NCBI GenBank assembly: GCA_963692865.2
Contig: OY843592.1
Location: 2,432,001 to 2,496,000, forward strand
Direction: 5' to 3'
Length of the DNA: 64,000 nt
Source: a bacterium
GTDB lineage: Bacteria > UBA8248
Part shown: positions 1-9,940 of the stretch, in pieces
Numbering within the stretch: position 1 is the stretch's first letter
Layout of the letters: each line of letters begins with the position of its first letter
Notes under the pieces: generated by a model
The model's input: only the letters and a program-made list of their open reading frames with translations
Told to the model about the DNA's origin: nothing
The model's database searches: none
Made by a program: the position numbers and the translations under genes

Positions 1-238
1 TCAGAAGATCCGTCATGGTCGCGAGAGCGCCCAGTTTGATTTGGCCCTTCGAGGAGGATATCCCCTGCAGGGAGGAAACTCTCATCAGGTCGATGACGAC
101 TTTGGCCGGCCCGTCGTGCTGGTGCCTGAGATCGGGAAGGAAATTGGTGCCTCCGGCGATGAATTTCGTGCTTCTTCCTTTTGCCGCTTTTAGGGTGGCC
201 GATATGGTCGTCGGCGCCACGAAGTCAAAACCACGCAT
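1..238 (-). CDS. FAD-binding (medium) subunit of xanthine dehydrogenase/CoxM family, N-terminal part, runs off window edge
   Basis: Manual translation MRGFDFVAPTTISATLKAAKGRSTKFIAGGTNFLPDLRH...IKLGALATMTDLL contains the AGGT(N/D)L FAD motif; GAGGAG RBS upstream. Not in ORF track. Confidence 0.8.
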   Translation of the reverse strand, partial: MRGFDFVAPTTISATLKAAKGRSTKFIAGGTNFLPDLRHQHDGPAKVVIDLMRVSSLQGISSSKGQIKLGALATMTDLL

Positions 239-536
239 AGACGGAAACTCTCCTCAAATCATCTGAAATAGAACCTGTCAAAACCTGCAATGAAAACTGA
301 AAACGAAGCCGAATCATACCCGACAGAAGGGGACAAGGAAAACGCTTTGAGTGATCTGGCCGTCCGGCGTCCCCGGTGAACCGGCTGAGCAAGCGACTCT
401 CACTCTCAAACGGGCGAGCCTACCCTACCAACTACCCCGCTTTCCCGTCAAGCGAAACGGCCCTTGCGGGTTAATTTGCGCAAAGCGTAAGATTCGCTGT
501 AAAAGTAGCATTTTTCAACGTTTGAAGGTATTTCGC

Positions 537-1949
537 ATGAACGAGACGAGCCAAGCCGTGGACAGCGTAAGCGTGAAGCCCATGCGCCTCGCCCTGACGA
601 ATCTGGGCTGCAAGCTCAACCACGCCGAGGGCGAAGCCATGAAGCACCTTTGCGCCCGGGCCGGATATGATCTCGTTCCTTTCAGCGCGGAGGCGGACGT
701 ATACGTCGTCAACAGCTGTACGGTCACGGCGGAGGCCGACCGGGAGGGCAGACGCCTGGCGCGCCGGGCGCGGCGGACGGGCGGCCCGGACGCCCGGGTC
801 GTCATTGCGGGATGCTCTGCCCAGGCGAACGCGGAGAAGATGCTGATCCCCGAAGCCGATCTCCTGCTCGGGAACAAGGAAAAACTGAGGCTCCCGGATG
901 AACTGACGAAGCCTTTCCAGAGAGATGAAAAACCCGAAATGCGGATTTCTCCCATCGAGGAGAGCCTCGATATCGAGAACGTCGCCCTGCCGCAGTTCGG
1001 CAGCCGCACACGGGCCTACCTCAAGGTGCAGGACGGGTGCAACTTTTCCTGCTCGTTTTGCGCGACGACCATCGCGCGTGGAGCGAGCCGCTCGCTGGAT
1101 GTGGATTCATGCGTGGAACATGCCGACACCCTGCTATCGGGTGGGCATGAGGAGTTGGTGCTCACGGGGATTCACCTCGGCGCATACGGCAGGGACGCGA
1201 AGCCTCGAAGCACTCTCAGCCGTCTGGTGAGCCGGCTGCTGGAGATAGAGAGAAATTTCCGCCTCAGGCTCTCCTCCGTGGAGCCGGGGGAATTCACGCG
1301 CGAACTCATCCGCGTCGCGGCGAGCGAGGCGTACGGTGCGGGTCGGTCGAACGGGGGAAGCTACGTCTGCCGCCACTTCCACATACCCGTTCAGAGCGGG
1401 GACGATCACACCCTCGCGGCGATGAACCGCAACTACACCGCCGCGCGGTGCGCGAGCCGCTTCGATGAAATCGCGAGGAAAATAGACGGGGTCTGTCTCG
1501 GCGGAGACTTCATCGTCGGGTTCCCCGGCGAGAGCAGAGAGGCGTTCGAGCGAACCATGGAATGGGTGCGGGAATCGCCTCTCGCGTATCTGCACGTTTT
1601 CCCTTATTCGCCGCGCGAGGGGACGGCGGCCATCGAAATGCAGGGGCAAATTCCAAAAACCGAGCAGAAAGCCCGCGCGCGCGCCTTGCAGGAGTTGGGG
1701 CGCAGGAAATGGGCGGCGTTCGTCTCCTCGCAAACGGGGAGAGAGACGGACGTTTTGTTCGAGAGCCGCCGCGCGGAAGACGGCCTGCTCAGCGGCTTGT
1801 CGGACAACTACGTCCGCGTGCTGGCCTCCGGTCCCGATGAATGGATAGGCCGCACGGTTCCGGTGCGACTCGCGTCCTTGCCCGAGAAGAACGGATTTTC
1901 CCGCATCGCCGCAAGGTCGGACGCCTTATGGGGGGAGGGTGCATTATGA
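537..1949 (+). CDS. mtaB: tRNA methylthiotransferase (MtaB-like radical SAM)
   Basis: LGCKLN and VNSCTVT UPF0004 domain, CNFSCSFC radical SAM motif, C-terminal TRAM-like region; start 537 or 582. Confidence 0.85.
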   Translation: MNETSQAVDSVSVKPMRLALTNLGCKLNHAEGEAMKHLCARAGYDLVPFSAEADVYVVNSCTVTAEADREGRRLARRARRTGGPDARVVIAGCSAQANAEKMLIPEADLLLGNKEKLRLPDELTKPFQRDEKPEMRISPIEESLDIENVALPQFGSRTRAYLKVQDGCNFSCSFCATTIARGASRSLDVDSCVEHADTLLSGGHEELVLTGIHLGAYGRDAKPRSTLSRLVSRLLEIERNFRLRLSSVEPGEFTRELIRVAASEAYGAGRSNGGSYVCRHFHIPVQSGDDHTLAAMNRNYTAARCASRFDEIARKIDGVCLGGDFIVGFPGESREAFERTMEWVRESPLAYLHVFPYSPREGTAAIEMQGQIPKTEQKARARALQELGRRKWAAFVSSQTGRETDVLFESRRAEDGLLSGLSDNYVRVLASGPDEWIGRTVPVRLASLPEKNGFSRIAARSDALWGEGAL

Positions 1950-2833
1950 CGGACGAGAGTTCGCGCCCGAATCCTTTTCACGAGGGCGCTCCCGACTTTG
2001 AAGGAGAAAGCGGCGCGCAACCGATCGTCACGCTCCTCACGGATTTCGGTAGTGACGAACACTATACGGGGGTGATGAAGGGCGTTGTGCTGGCGATAAA
2101 CCCGATGGTCCGGCTCGTGGACATCACGCATTCCATCAGACCCTACGATGTAAGGGGCGCATCGCTGATTCTGGGTTCTTCGGCGCATTACTTCCCGCGC
2201 GGGACGATTCACGTGGCGGTCGTGGACCCCGGCGTCGGAAGCAACCGCAGGGGAATCATCGCCGCCACCGAAAACTACTATTTCGTGGGGCCGGACAACG
2301 GCCTGTTTTCCTGCGTGTATGACGACCCGCTCTACATGTGGACGCGAGAACTCGAAGAAGATGCGTTTTTTCTGAACGAGGTGAGTTCGACCTTCCACGG
2401 CAGGGATATTTTCGCCCCCGTCGCGGGACATCTCTCCTACGGGGCTCCGCCCGAGGATTTCGGCTCCGTCATTACGGATCCGGTTCGTTTTGATTTCCCC
2501 GAGGTGGAGTTCGAGGACGCCGACACCATCACCGGCGAGGTCATTTACGTCGATCACTACGGAAACCTGGTAACGAACATCGACACCACGACGTTCTGGC
2601 GTTTCGAGTTCGGAGAGGACGACGCGGCGCATCTGCCGATCATCGAAATCGGCGGCCATGTGATCAACGGGGTGAGCGAATACTACCTGGCGGTCAAGGC
2701 GGGCGACCTCGGGGCGCAGTTCAACAGCTGGACGCGACTCGAGATATTCTTGCCCGAAGGAAACGCCGCGCGATTCCTGGGAGCGGGGGTCGGCGAGAAG
2801 GTGAAGGTGCATATGGAGCACATGAAGATATAG
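1946..2833 (+). CDS. SAM hydroxide adenosyltransferase (DUF62, fluorinase/chlorinase superfamily)
   Basis: TLLTDFG, VVDPGVGSNRR and STFHGRD motifs (Asp-Arg-His triad of SAM hydrolases); ATGA overlap with mtaB. Confidence 0.85.
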   Translation: MTDESSRPNPFHEGAPDFEGESGAQPIVTLLTDFGSDEHYTGVMKGVVLAINPMVRLVDITHSIRPYDVRGASLILGSSAHYFPRGTIHVAVVDPGVGSNRRGIIAATENYYFVGPDNGLFSCVYDDPLYMWTRELEEDAFFLNEVSSTFHGRDIFAPVAGHLSYGAPPEDFGSVITDPVRFDFPEVEFEDADTITGEVIYVDHYGNLVTNIDTTTFWRFEFGEDDAAHLPIIEIGGHVINGVSEYYLAVKAGDLGAQFNSWTRLEIFLPEGNAARFLGAGVGEKVKVHMEHMKI

Positions 2834-2891
2834 CGACGCCCACGTATTGTCGGGATTCATACAATGGTGATGGAGACGAAGGAGGGAGATA

Positions 2892-3524
2892 ATGGATAAC
2901 GCCCCCGTACGGTTCACGGTATACAGCGATTTTTTGTGACCCTGGTGCTTCAATTCGGCCGTGCGCCTGAAGAAGATAAAGGAAGAATATGGCGATAAGG
3001 TGAACATTCAGTACAGGGTCTTCATGTTGAGGCCCGAACCGGACCCTGCGGCGGTGTTTAACGACTACCGCAGAAACCACTGGACGAACGCGAACTCACA
3101 GCCCGATTCGGGCGATTTTACCTTGTGGGAGAGCGAAGAAGAGTTCCCGAACTGCTCGATGCCGTCTGCGGAAGCGGGGCTGGCGGCGAGGTTTCAGGGT
3201 CCCGAGGAATGGGAAAAGTTCCACGATAATCTTCTGGCCGCGTTTTTCACGGAGAACCGCAACATTTCGGACCCCGAAGTGGTAAGCGACGTGGCCGAGA
3301 AAAGCGGCCTGGACATGGACAGGTACCGCGACACTCTCGAAAGCGGGGGCTTGAAGGAAAAGGCCGTCAAGGAGTATATGGAGGCCACGAATATAGGCAT
3401 CACGGGCATTCCCTCCGTCGTCGTGAACGACCGCGCAGTAATGGTCGGCGCGGTGCCGGCGGAACAATATCGATACGTTATCGACAGCATCCTGGAAACC
3501 GGTGAGTTGCCCGTCGCGGACTGA
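2892..3524 (+). CDS. DsbA/FrnE-family thioredoxin-fold oxidoreductase, probable selenoprotein (UPWC)
   Basis: GGAGGGAG RBS, ATG 2892, MDNAPVRFTVYSDFL-TGA(2937-2939)-PWCFNSAVRLKK in frame with ORF 2961-3524; family motif SDxxCPWC; GITGIPS cis-Pro motif. Confidence 0.85.
2948..2972 (+). promoter_or_regulatory. Putative bacterial SECIS hairpin
   Basis: CTTCA...GGC-CGTGC-GCC-TGAAG stem-loop starting 9 nt after the in-frame TGA. Confidence 0.5.
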
Positions 3525-3565
3525 GCTTGGTCCATGGGTGCTAGAGGAAACAAGGAGTCTCCCCT

Positions 3566-4561
3566 CTGAATCTCTCTGAACTCAAAGGCTGCATAACCGA
3601 CGTTCCGGGCTTTTATCTGGGCCACGCGCAAGACGAGGCGGCCAAAACGGGCGTCTCAGTGGTGCTGTGCCCTCCCGGCGCCGTCGGGGCATGCGAGTTG
3701 CGCGGCACGGCGACGGCCACGCGCGGCATGGACGCCCTGCGCGCCGAGCACCTCGTCGGTGGCGTGGACGCGGTCGTTCTGACGGGAGGCAGCGCATTCG
3801 GCCTCGCCTCGGCAGACGGTGTCATGGTCTTCCTCGAAGAGCAGGGCAGGGGGTTTCCCACCGGCCGCTTCAACGTGCCCACGGTCGCCGCCGGCGTGCT
3901 GTTCGACCTGCATTTCGGCGACGGCCGAGTGCGCCCGGACGCCTCGATGGGGCGCGCCGCATGCGAGGCGGCCTCGAACGAAGAAGGCCTCCAGGGGAGC
4001 GTGGGAGCGGGAGCAGGCGCCACGATCGGGAAACTCTTCGGCCAGGAGCGCGCGATGAAGGGCGGCCTCGGCACGGCGAGCGTGAGGCTGCCGGGGAGCG
4101 GCGTAGTAGGCGCCGTCGCCGCGGTGAACGCCTTTGGCGGCGTGTATGAGCCGGGGACGGGAAAACCTATCGCAGGTCCCAGGGCGATACCTCCCGAACG
4201 GGGCATCGTGGATACGGAAGAACACCTGAGAATCCACGGGAGGCCTTTCGAGGGATTCTCCAACACTTCCGAGAACACGACGCTCGTGGCCGTAGCGACG
4301 AACGTCCGCTTGACGAAAACCGAAACGCACAAACTCGCCCAACTTGCTACGAACGGACTCATTCGCACCGTTCGCCCCTCCTACACGACTGTGGATGGAG
4401 ACATGGTCTTCGCCCTCTCCTGCGGGGAGCGCGAAGCGGCGCTGGACGTTGTGGGGGCGGCGGCGATAGGGGCCGTCGGCCAAGCGATTTGCCGCGCCGT
4501 GATGGAGGCCGACGGCGGAGGAATCATTCCCGCCTGGCGCGACCTGCCTGCATCGCAATGA
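3566..4561 (+). CDS. P1/DmpA-family (S58, DOM-fold) peptidase/amidase
   Basis: N-terminal ITDVPGFYLGH motif upstream of the called GTG, LTGGSAFGL, GSVGAGAG and ENTTL nucleophile site; probable CTG start after AAGGAG. Confidence 0.8.
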   Translation: MNLSELKGCITDVPGFYLGHAQDEAAKTGVSVVLCPPGAVGACELRGTATATRGMDALRAEHLVGGVDAVVLTGGSAFGLASADGVMVFLEEQGRGFPTGRFNVPTVAAGVLFDLHFGDGRVRPDASMGRAACEAASNEEGLQGSVGAGAGATIGKLFGQERAMKGGLGTASVRLPGSGVVGAVAAVNAFGGVYEPGTGKPIAGPRAIPPERGIVDTEEHLRIHGRPFEGFSNTSENTTLVAVATNVRLTKTETHKLAQLATNGLIRTVRPSYTTVDGDMVFALSCGEREAALDVVGAAAIGAVGQAICRAVMEADGGGIIPAWRDLPASQ

Positions 4562-5763
4562 ACTCTCAGGCGCAAAAACCGGCCTGGAGGCTCGGGGATT
4601 ATTTCGATCTGAGCATCATCGGCATGACCCACGGGTTGAGCGACGGGTTCTCGAACATGCTCGTTCCCGTTCTCGCACTGATCGTCCTCGACCTCGGGCT
4701 CTCGCCCCTCGAAGTGGGGGCTTTGCTCAGCACTTTTAGCCTGGGACAGATGATCTTCCAGTACCCGCTTTCCATACTGGCGGACAATACGGGCAGACGA
4801 AAGCAGATACTCCTGGCGGGCATGGGTCTCTCCGCGGCGTCTTTCATCTCCATGATCTGGATAAACGGCTTTTTGCCCTTGTGCGTTCTGGCGTTCTTCG
4901 CAGGCATGGGGAATTCCGTCTATCACCCGTGCGGAACGGCCCTGGCGGCGCGCCGTTTCGAACGCGACCGCGCGTTCGCCATTTCGTGGCACAGCCTGGG
5001 GGGCAACGTGGGGACCAGCATTTTCCCGCTGGTTCAGGCGGCCGTGGCGGCGATGGCCGGCTGGCGCGCGGCGATCGGGGCCTGCGCGGCGCCTGCTGTG
5101 GTGCTGCTTCCTCTAGTCAACGCCCGGTTCAAGGAAGAAAAGAGCGAAGGCGGACATGAAGTAGAAAACCCCAGAGATTTAAGTATTCTGTCCATTCTCC
5201 GGCGGGTCGTCGCGAACAGGAACACGGTATGGCTGGCGGTCATCTACACCTTCAGAAGCCTGTGCACCAAGGGGGCAATCGGTTTTCTCCCCTTGCTCGC
5301 GACGTCGAAACTGGGGATGAACACGGCGCAAATCGGCGTGGCCGTATCGCTTCACTACGGCTTCGGCATGTTGTCCAAACCCATGATGGGAATACTATAC
5401 GACCGCTGGGGCGCGCGTGCCGCCTTGTTCTGGCCTCTCCTGTTGCTGGGAGCCTTCGCTTTCGCCCTGCCCTTCATGGAATGGGAAATGGGTTTTTTCA
5501 TTCTCGCGGCCCTGACGGGCGTCGTCGGGTTCGTGAGCCCGATCATCCTCACGGCGACGGCCGATTATTCGGAAAAAGACATTCTGACCTCATCCGTCGG
5601 CTTCATCTACGCCTGTCACGGCCTGGATTTTCTCGCCCCTCTGATTGGGGGCTGGCTCGCCGAGCAGATGAATCTGGACGCGAGCTACATGTTTTTCGCG
5701 ATCATGAGCTGGCTGGGCGTTTCGGCGTCCATGCGCCTGGCGAGAAAACCTGAAAAACAATAA
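4558..5763 (+). CDS. MFS transporter
   Basis: About 12 hydrophobic segments, LADNTGRR and LYDRWG motif-A-like loops. Confidence 0.85.
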   Translation: MNSQAQKPAWRLGDYFDLSIIGMTHGLSDGFSNMLVPVLALIVLDLGLSPLEVGALLSTFSLGQMIFQYPLSILADNTGRRKQILLAGMGLSAASFISMIWINGFLPLCVLAFFAGMGNSVYHPCGTALAARRFERDRAFAISWHSLGGNVGTSIFPLVQAAVAAMAGWRAAIGACAAPAVVLLPLVNARFKEEKSEGGHEVENPRDLSILSILRRVVANRNTVWLAVIYTFRSLCTKGAIGFLPLLATSKLGMNTAQIGVAVSLHYGFGMLSKPMMGILYDRWGARAALFWPLLLLGAFAFALPFMEWEMGFFILAALTGVVGFVSPIILTATADYSEKDILTSSVGFIYACHGLDFLAPLIGGWLAEQMNLDASYMFFAIMSWLGVSASMRLARKPEKQ

Positions 5764-5781
5764 CCAGAGAAAGGAGACGAA

Positions 5782-6174
5782 ATGGCGCGAGAGTATTTCA
5801 AGGGAACCTGGCAGCAGGATCGCTCGTTTTCGCCCGCGGTGAAGACGAAAGGCGGCGAGCATGTATGGCTGGCCGGCGTGGGGGCGTGGCGCGATGAGCG
5901 GGGCAACGTGCTGGCGGGAGATTTCGACGCGCAGGTGCACGCCACGTTCCGCCAGATAGAGCGCACCCTGGAGCGGGCGGGCGGAAAGCTTCAGGACATC
6001 GTGACGATGACGGTCTATATTCTCGACGGGGCAAACGGGGACAGGTTCGTCGAGCTCAGAAAGCAGTATTTTCCGGATGGATATCCCGGCAGCGCGCTGA
6101 TTACGGCGGCGGGCTTCGCAAAGCCGGAGATGATGGTCGAGATACAGGCCATCGCCGTCATCGGCGAGGAATAG
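5782..6174 (+). CDS. RidA/YjgF family protein
   Basis: Size, FSPAV, C-terminal VEIQAIAV; AGGAGA RBS. Confidence 0.8.
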   Translation: MAREYFKGTWQQDRSFSPAVKTKGGEHVWLAGVGAWRDERGNVLAGDFDAQVHATFRQIERTLERAGGKLQDIVTMTVYILDGANGDRFVELRKQYFPDGYPGSALITAAGFAKPEMMVEIQAIAVIGEE

Positions 6175-6380
6175 GGAAGGCGGCGGGTACAAAACTCCAT
6201 GTTTGCCGCCTCAATGAAAGGATGCTAGTCTCGCAAAATTATTGAATCGCTTCCGGGTGGTGAACGGGCGCCGCATTTTTCATGATACGTCCGGCATATG
6301 GCCTTCATTCGCGCGGCGAATCAACTGACCATCCAAACGAGGCGTACAGGGCCGCTTTCTCGACAGGAATCCTCGAATCC

Positions 6381-7190
6381 ATGTCTTCATCCGATAACGG
6401 CACGAATCCGACATTGCGCCTTCAGGGCGTCGGGAAATGGTTCGGCTCCCTGCATGTGCTCGACGACATCGACATCGACGTGAAGACCCAGGAGATTCTG
6501 ACGGTCCTCGGCCCCAGCGGGTGCGGCAAGACGACGCTTCTTCGCATCGTGAACGGACTCATTCTTTGCGAGAGGGGGGAAGTCTCCTTTAAGGGAGAAG
6601 CGGTGGACGGCCCGAGGCCCGAGATGGCCATGGTGTTTCAGAACTTCGGGCTTTTCCCCTGGAAGCGCCTCGACCAGAACATCGGTTACGCGCTCAGGAT
6701 ACAGGGCAGGGAGAAGGGCGAAATCGACCGCCTCGTGAGCCACTACACGGAACTGGTGGGCCTGGGCGGTTTCGAGGCGAACTACCCCTCACAGCTATCG
6801 GGCGGGATGCAGCAACGAGCGGGTCTTGCGAGAGCGCTCGCCGCCCAGCCCGACGTTTTGCTCATGGATGAGCCTTTCGGCGCTCTCGACGCGCTTACCC
6901 GAGAAACCTTGCAGGAGGAATTGCTGCGCATCAACGAGGCGGAGCCCAAGGCGATGATCTTCATCACCCACAGCATCGACGAGGCGCTCCTGCTGGGCGA
7001 TCGCGTTCTGGTGATGACGCCCAGGCCGGGGAGAATACGCTTTCAATTCGAAACCGGCTTCGGACGCGGCAGGGATTTGGAAGAAATCAGGGGCGGCAAG
7101 CGCTTTCAGGCGCTGCGCCATTATCTCTGGGAAGCGATGCGCAACCCGGAAGTTGAGCCCGAACCCATCCCCGAACTCGTTATTGAATAG
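6381..7190 (+). CDS. ABC transporter ATP-binding protein (NitT/TauT type)
   Basis: GPSGCGKT, LSGGMQQR, LLMDEPF. Confidence 0.9.
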   Translation: MSSSDNGTNPTLRLQGVGKWFGSLHVLDDIDIDVKTQEILTVLGPSGCGKTTLLRIVNGLILCERGEVSFKGEAVDGPRPEMAMVFQNFGLFPWKRLDQNIGYALRIQGREKGEIDRLVSHYTELVGLGGFEANYPSQLSGGMQQRAGLARALAAQPDVLLMDEPFGALDALTRETLQEELLRINEAEPKAMIFITHSIDEALLLGDRVLVMTPRPGRIRFQFETGFGRGRDLEEIRGGKRFQALRHYLWEAMRNPEVEPEPIPELVIE

Positions 7191-7204
7191 GAGGCGCCAA
7201 ACCT

Positions 7205-8029
7205 TTGGCTACCGACGCTCCGGCGGCAACAGGCGTATCGACGGGTGAGAAGGCGTTCTGGGAGCGCATCAAGGAACCCGCCGTGTACGTGCGCCTCATA
7301 TCGCTTGTGGTCGTCATCGGCGGGTGGGAGTTGATGGGGCAGACCGGCAACATCGATCCGGTCACGTTCAGCTACCCGAGCGCCATATCCGTCGCCTTCT
7401 GGGACTTGATCGCCAGCGGCCAGATGACCGCCGCCGCGTATGAGAGTTCGCAAATCCTGGTGGCGGGCCTCCTCATCGCGATTCCGCTCGGCATCGTGCT
7501 GGGAATTCTCATGGGGCGCTTCCAGACGTTCGAATACGCCGTGGACACCTACGTGTTCGCCCTCTACGCCACGCCCGTGGTCGCGCTGGCGTTCCCGATA
7601 GCCATGGTGCTGGGGGTGGATTTCGTCGGCAAGACGACCATCGTCGTCTTCTTCGCCATTATGCCCATCATCGTGAACGTCTATCACGGCGTGCGGAACG
7701 TGGACCTCTCGCTTTTGGAGGTGACGCGCTCATTCTGCTCCACGGAGAGCCAGCGGTGGCGGGACCTGATCTTTCCGAGCGTGGTCCCGTATCTCGTCGC
7801 GGGGCTGGGTCTCGCGTGCGGACGCGCTCTCGTCGGTATGGTCGTTGCGGAGTTTCTGATGAGCATTTCGGGTCTCGGCGCGCTGAGTCAGGACTACATT
7901 GCGGATCTGGAGCTGGACAAAGGTCTCGCGCCTGTTGTCTTGTTGATGATAGTCGGTATAGCTTTAACGAAAGTGGTGAACATTTGTGAAACGAAGTTTT
8001 CATCCTGGAGGGTTCGGCAAGAGTCCTGA
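7205..8029 (+). CDS. ABC transporter permease (NitT/TauT type)
   Basis: Hydrophobic TM pattern, GMVVAEF motif; TTG start with GGAGG RBS. Confidence 0.85.
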   Translation: MATDAPAATGVSTGEKAFWERIKEPAVYVRLISLVVVIGGWELMGQTGNIDPVTFSYPSAISVAFWDLIASGQMTAAAYESSQILVAGLLIAIPLGIVLGILMGRFQTFEYAVDTYVFALYATPVVALAFPIAMVLGVDFVGKTTIVVFFAIMPIIVNVYHGVRNVDLSLLEVTRSFCSTESQRWRDLIFPSVVPYLVAGLGLACGRALVGMVVAEFLMSISGLGALSQDYIADLELDKGLAPVVLLMIVGIALTKVVNICETKFSSWRVRQES

Positions 8030-8082
8030 TGCTTGGCGTCTTGCCGAGGCATCAATTTTCATTTCTTTTGAAGGAGCTTCAA

Positions 8083-9096
8083 ATGAAAAAGATGTGGATG
8101 GTACTAGTCGCGGCGTTCGTTCTCGCCGCAGCGATGTGGGGCGCGCCGGCGCAGTCCGTAGCCGCCGACAAGATAGTGCTCGGGATGCCCGTGCGGCCGC
8201 CGGTGATGGTGCACCTGCCCGTGTTCTACGCCTTGGACAACGACATTTTCAAGAAGCACGGCCTCGACGTGGAGATTAAATTCTTCCGCGGCGGCGTCGC
8301 CACGCACCGGGCGATAACGAGCAAGAAGAGCGGCCTGGACGCCGCCTGGGTGCCGGCCCCGATTGCGATGGTCGGCATCACGAAGGGCAGCGGCATGAAA
8401 TTCTTCCACTCCATGGCCTTCCTGAACGAAGCGCAGATGGCCGCGAACGATCAGGTGAAAAAGCCCGCCGACCTCAAGGGCAAGACCATCGGCATCGAGG
8501 GGCGCGGCGGATACAGCCACCTGGGCGCGCTCGCCGTGCTTGCGACCGCCGGCCTGGCCGACAAGGACGTGAAATACATCAAGACCCCGCCGCCGGCGCG
8601 GGTTCCGTTCCTGCTCAAGGGCAAGGCCGACGCCGTGGTCATTCACGTCGAGCAGGTTCTCGTCGTCAAGAAGAGAAAGCCCAACTTCAACAAACTGATG
8701 GACCTGTGGAAAGCCATGCCGAACTTCTTCTACGGGGCGTTCATCGCGCCTTCTTCGAAGATCAATTCGAACAAGGACGCCTACGTGCGCTTCGCCATGG
8801 CGATGATGCAGTCCAACCGCTCCATCTACAAGGACAAGGCGGGCTACCTCAAATCAGCGAACAAGTGGGTGCGCCCGGTGTACAAGAAGAACCCCGAGAT
8901 CATGTCGAAAACGTATGACGTCTTCGTGGCGGAGAAGATCTGGGGCGTCAACAACGGCATCCCCAAGGCATCGGTTTCCTTCACGGCGGACTACATGAAG
9001 CGCCTCGGAAAGATCAAGGGCAAGGTTCCCTCTTATGAGGACATCGTCGACACCAGCGTGACGAAGGCCGCGCTCGCCAAGGCCGGCAAGATTTAG
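8083..9096 (+). CDS. ABC transporter substrate-binding protein (SsuA/THI5-like)
   Basis: Signal peptide, FKKHGLDVE, DLKGKTIG; AAGGAG RBS. Confidence 0.85.
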   Translation: MKKMWMVLVAAFVLAAAMWGAPAQSVAADKIVLGMPVRPPVMVHLPVFYALDNDIFKKHGLDVEIKFFRGGVATHRAITSKKSGLDAAWVPAPIAMVGITKGSGMKFFHSMAFLNEAQMAANDQVKKPADLKGKTIGIEGRGGYSHLGALAVLATAGLADKDVKYIKTPPPARVPFLLKGKADAVVIHVEQVLVVKKRKPNFNKLMDLWKAMPNFFYGAFIAPSSKINSNKDAYVRFAMAMMQSNRSIYKDKAGYLKSANKWVRPVYKKNPEIMSKTYDVFVAEKIWGVNNGIPKASVSFTADYMKRLGKIKGKVPSYEDIVDTSVTKAALAKAGKI

Positions 9097-9116
9097 ACGT
9101 TTCAACGCGAATGACA

Positions 9117-9157
9117 CGGGGCCGCCGCGCTCGCAAGGTGCGGCGGCCCCGTTCTTT
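9117..9157 (+). terminator. Rho-independent terminator
   Basis: CGGGGCCGCCGC...GCGGCGGCCCCG stem followed by TTCTTT. Confidence 0.7.
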
Positions 9158-9180
9158 GATACAGGAAAGGGAGTGTTGAC

Positions 9181-9933
9181 GTGAAGATTGTTCTGTATTC
9201 CGACATCCACGCCCAGCTTGCGCCTCTGGATGCCGTGCAGGAGGCAGTCGCGGAGGAGAACGCGGACCGCGAGATCGTCATCGGCGATCTGGTCATGCTC
9301 GGCCCCGAACCCGCCGAGGTGGTGGAGCGCTTCATGGGGCGCAGGGACGTGGACGTTCTCGCCGGAAACCTCGACTGGTGGGTATCGAAGCGAAAAGACG
9401 AGACGGACCCGCCCAAGAACGAACACCACGTATGGCTTTACGAGATGGTGAAGATGACGCGCGCGCGCCTCTCCGCCGAGCAGATCGGCTATCTCGACGG
9501 CCTGATGTGGTCGATGACGATCACGCCCGAGCGGGGGCATGATTTCTTCATTTTCCACGCCACGCCGGACGACATCGAAGACGCGATTCCCCTGAGGTTC
9601 ACCGACGAGGAGGTGAAGGAGAAGATCAAGGGAACGGACGCCGAGATCATGGCCTTCGGCCACGTGCACGGTCCCTACGTCCGCGAAGTCGATGGGCAGA
9701 CCCTTGTCTGCACCGCAGCGGTGGGCATGAACTGGGACGGCGACTACCGCCCCGCCTATTCGGTCGTGGAATATCTGGGGGACGGCGATTGGCGCGTCGA
9801 GACCAAGCGCGTGGCGTACGACTGCGAAGCGCAGGCGAAAAAAAACGAGAACGGCTGGATGCCTCACGGCGAGCGAATCGCCAAGATGGTGCGGACCGGA
9901 GAATTCTGGAACCCGGCCCACATGCCCCACTAG
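9181..9933 (+). CDS. Calcineurin-like metallophosphoesterase
   Basis: SDIH, GDL, GNLD, FHA, FGHVH motifs. Confidence 0.85.
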   Translation: MKIVLYSDIHAQLAPLDAVQEAVAEENADREIVIGDLVMLGPEPAEVVERFMGRRDVDVLAGNLDWWVSKRKDETDPPKNEHHVWLYEMVKMTRARLSAEQIGYLDGLMWSMTITPERGHDFFIFHATPDDIEDAIPLRFTDEEVKEKIKGTDAEIMAFGHVHGPYVREVDGQTLVCTAAVGMNWDGDYRPAYSVVEYLGDGDWRVETKRVAYDCEAQAKKNENGWMPHGERIAKMVRTGEFWNPAHMPH

Positions 9934-9940
9934 GCCGACC

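Noticed and set aside
1946-2833. Fluorinase/chlorinase (halogenase)
   Set aside because: The STFHGRD and DPGVG..R motifs are those of the SAM-hydrolysing DUF62 branch.
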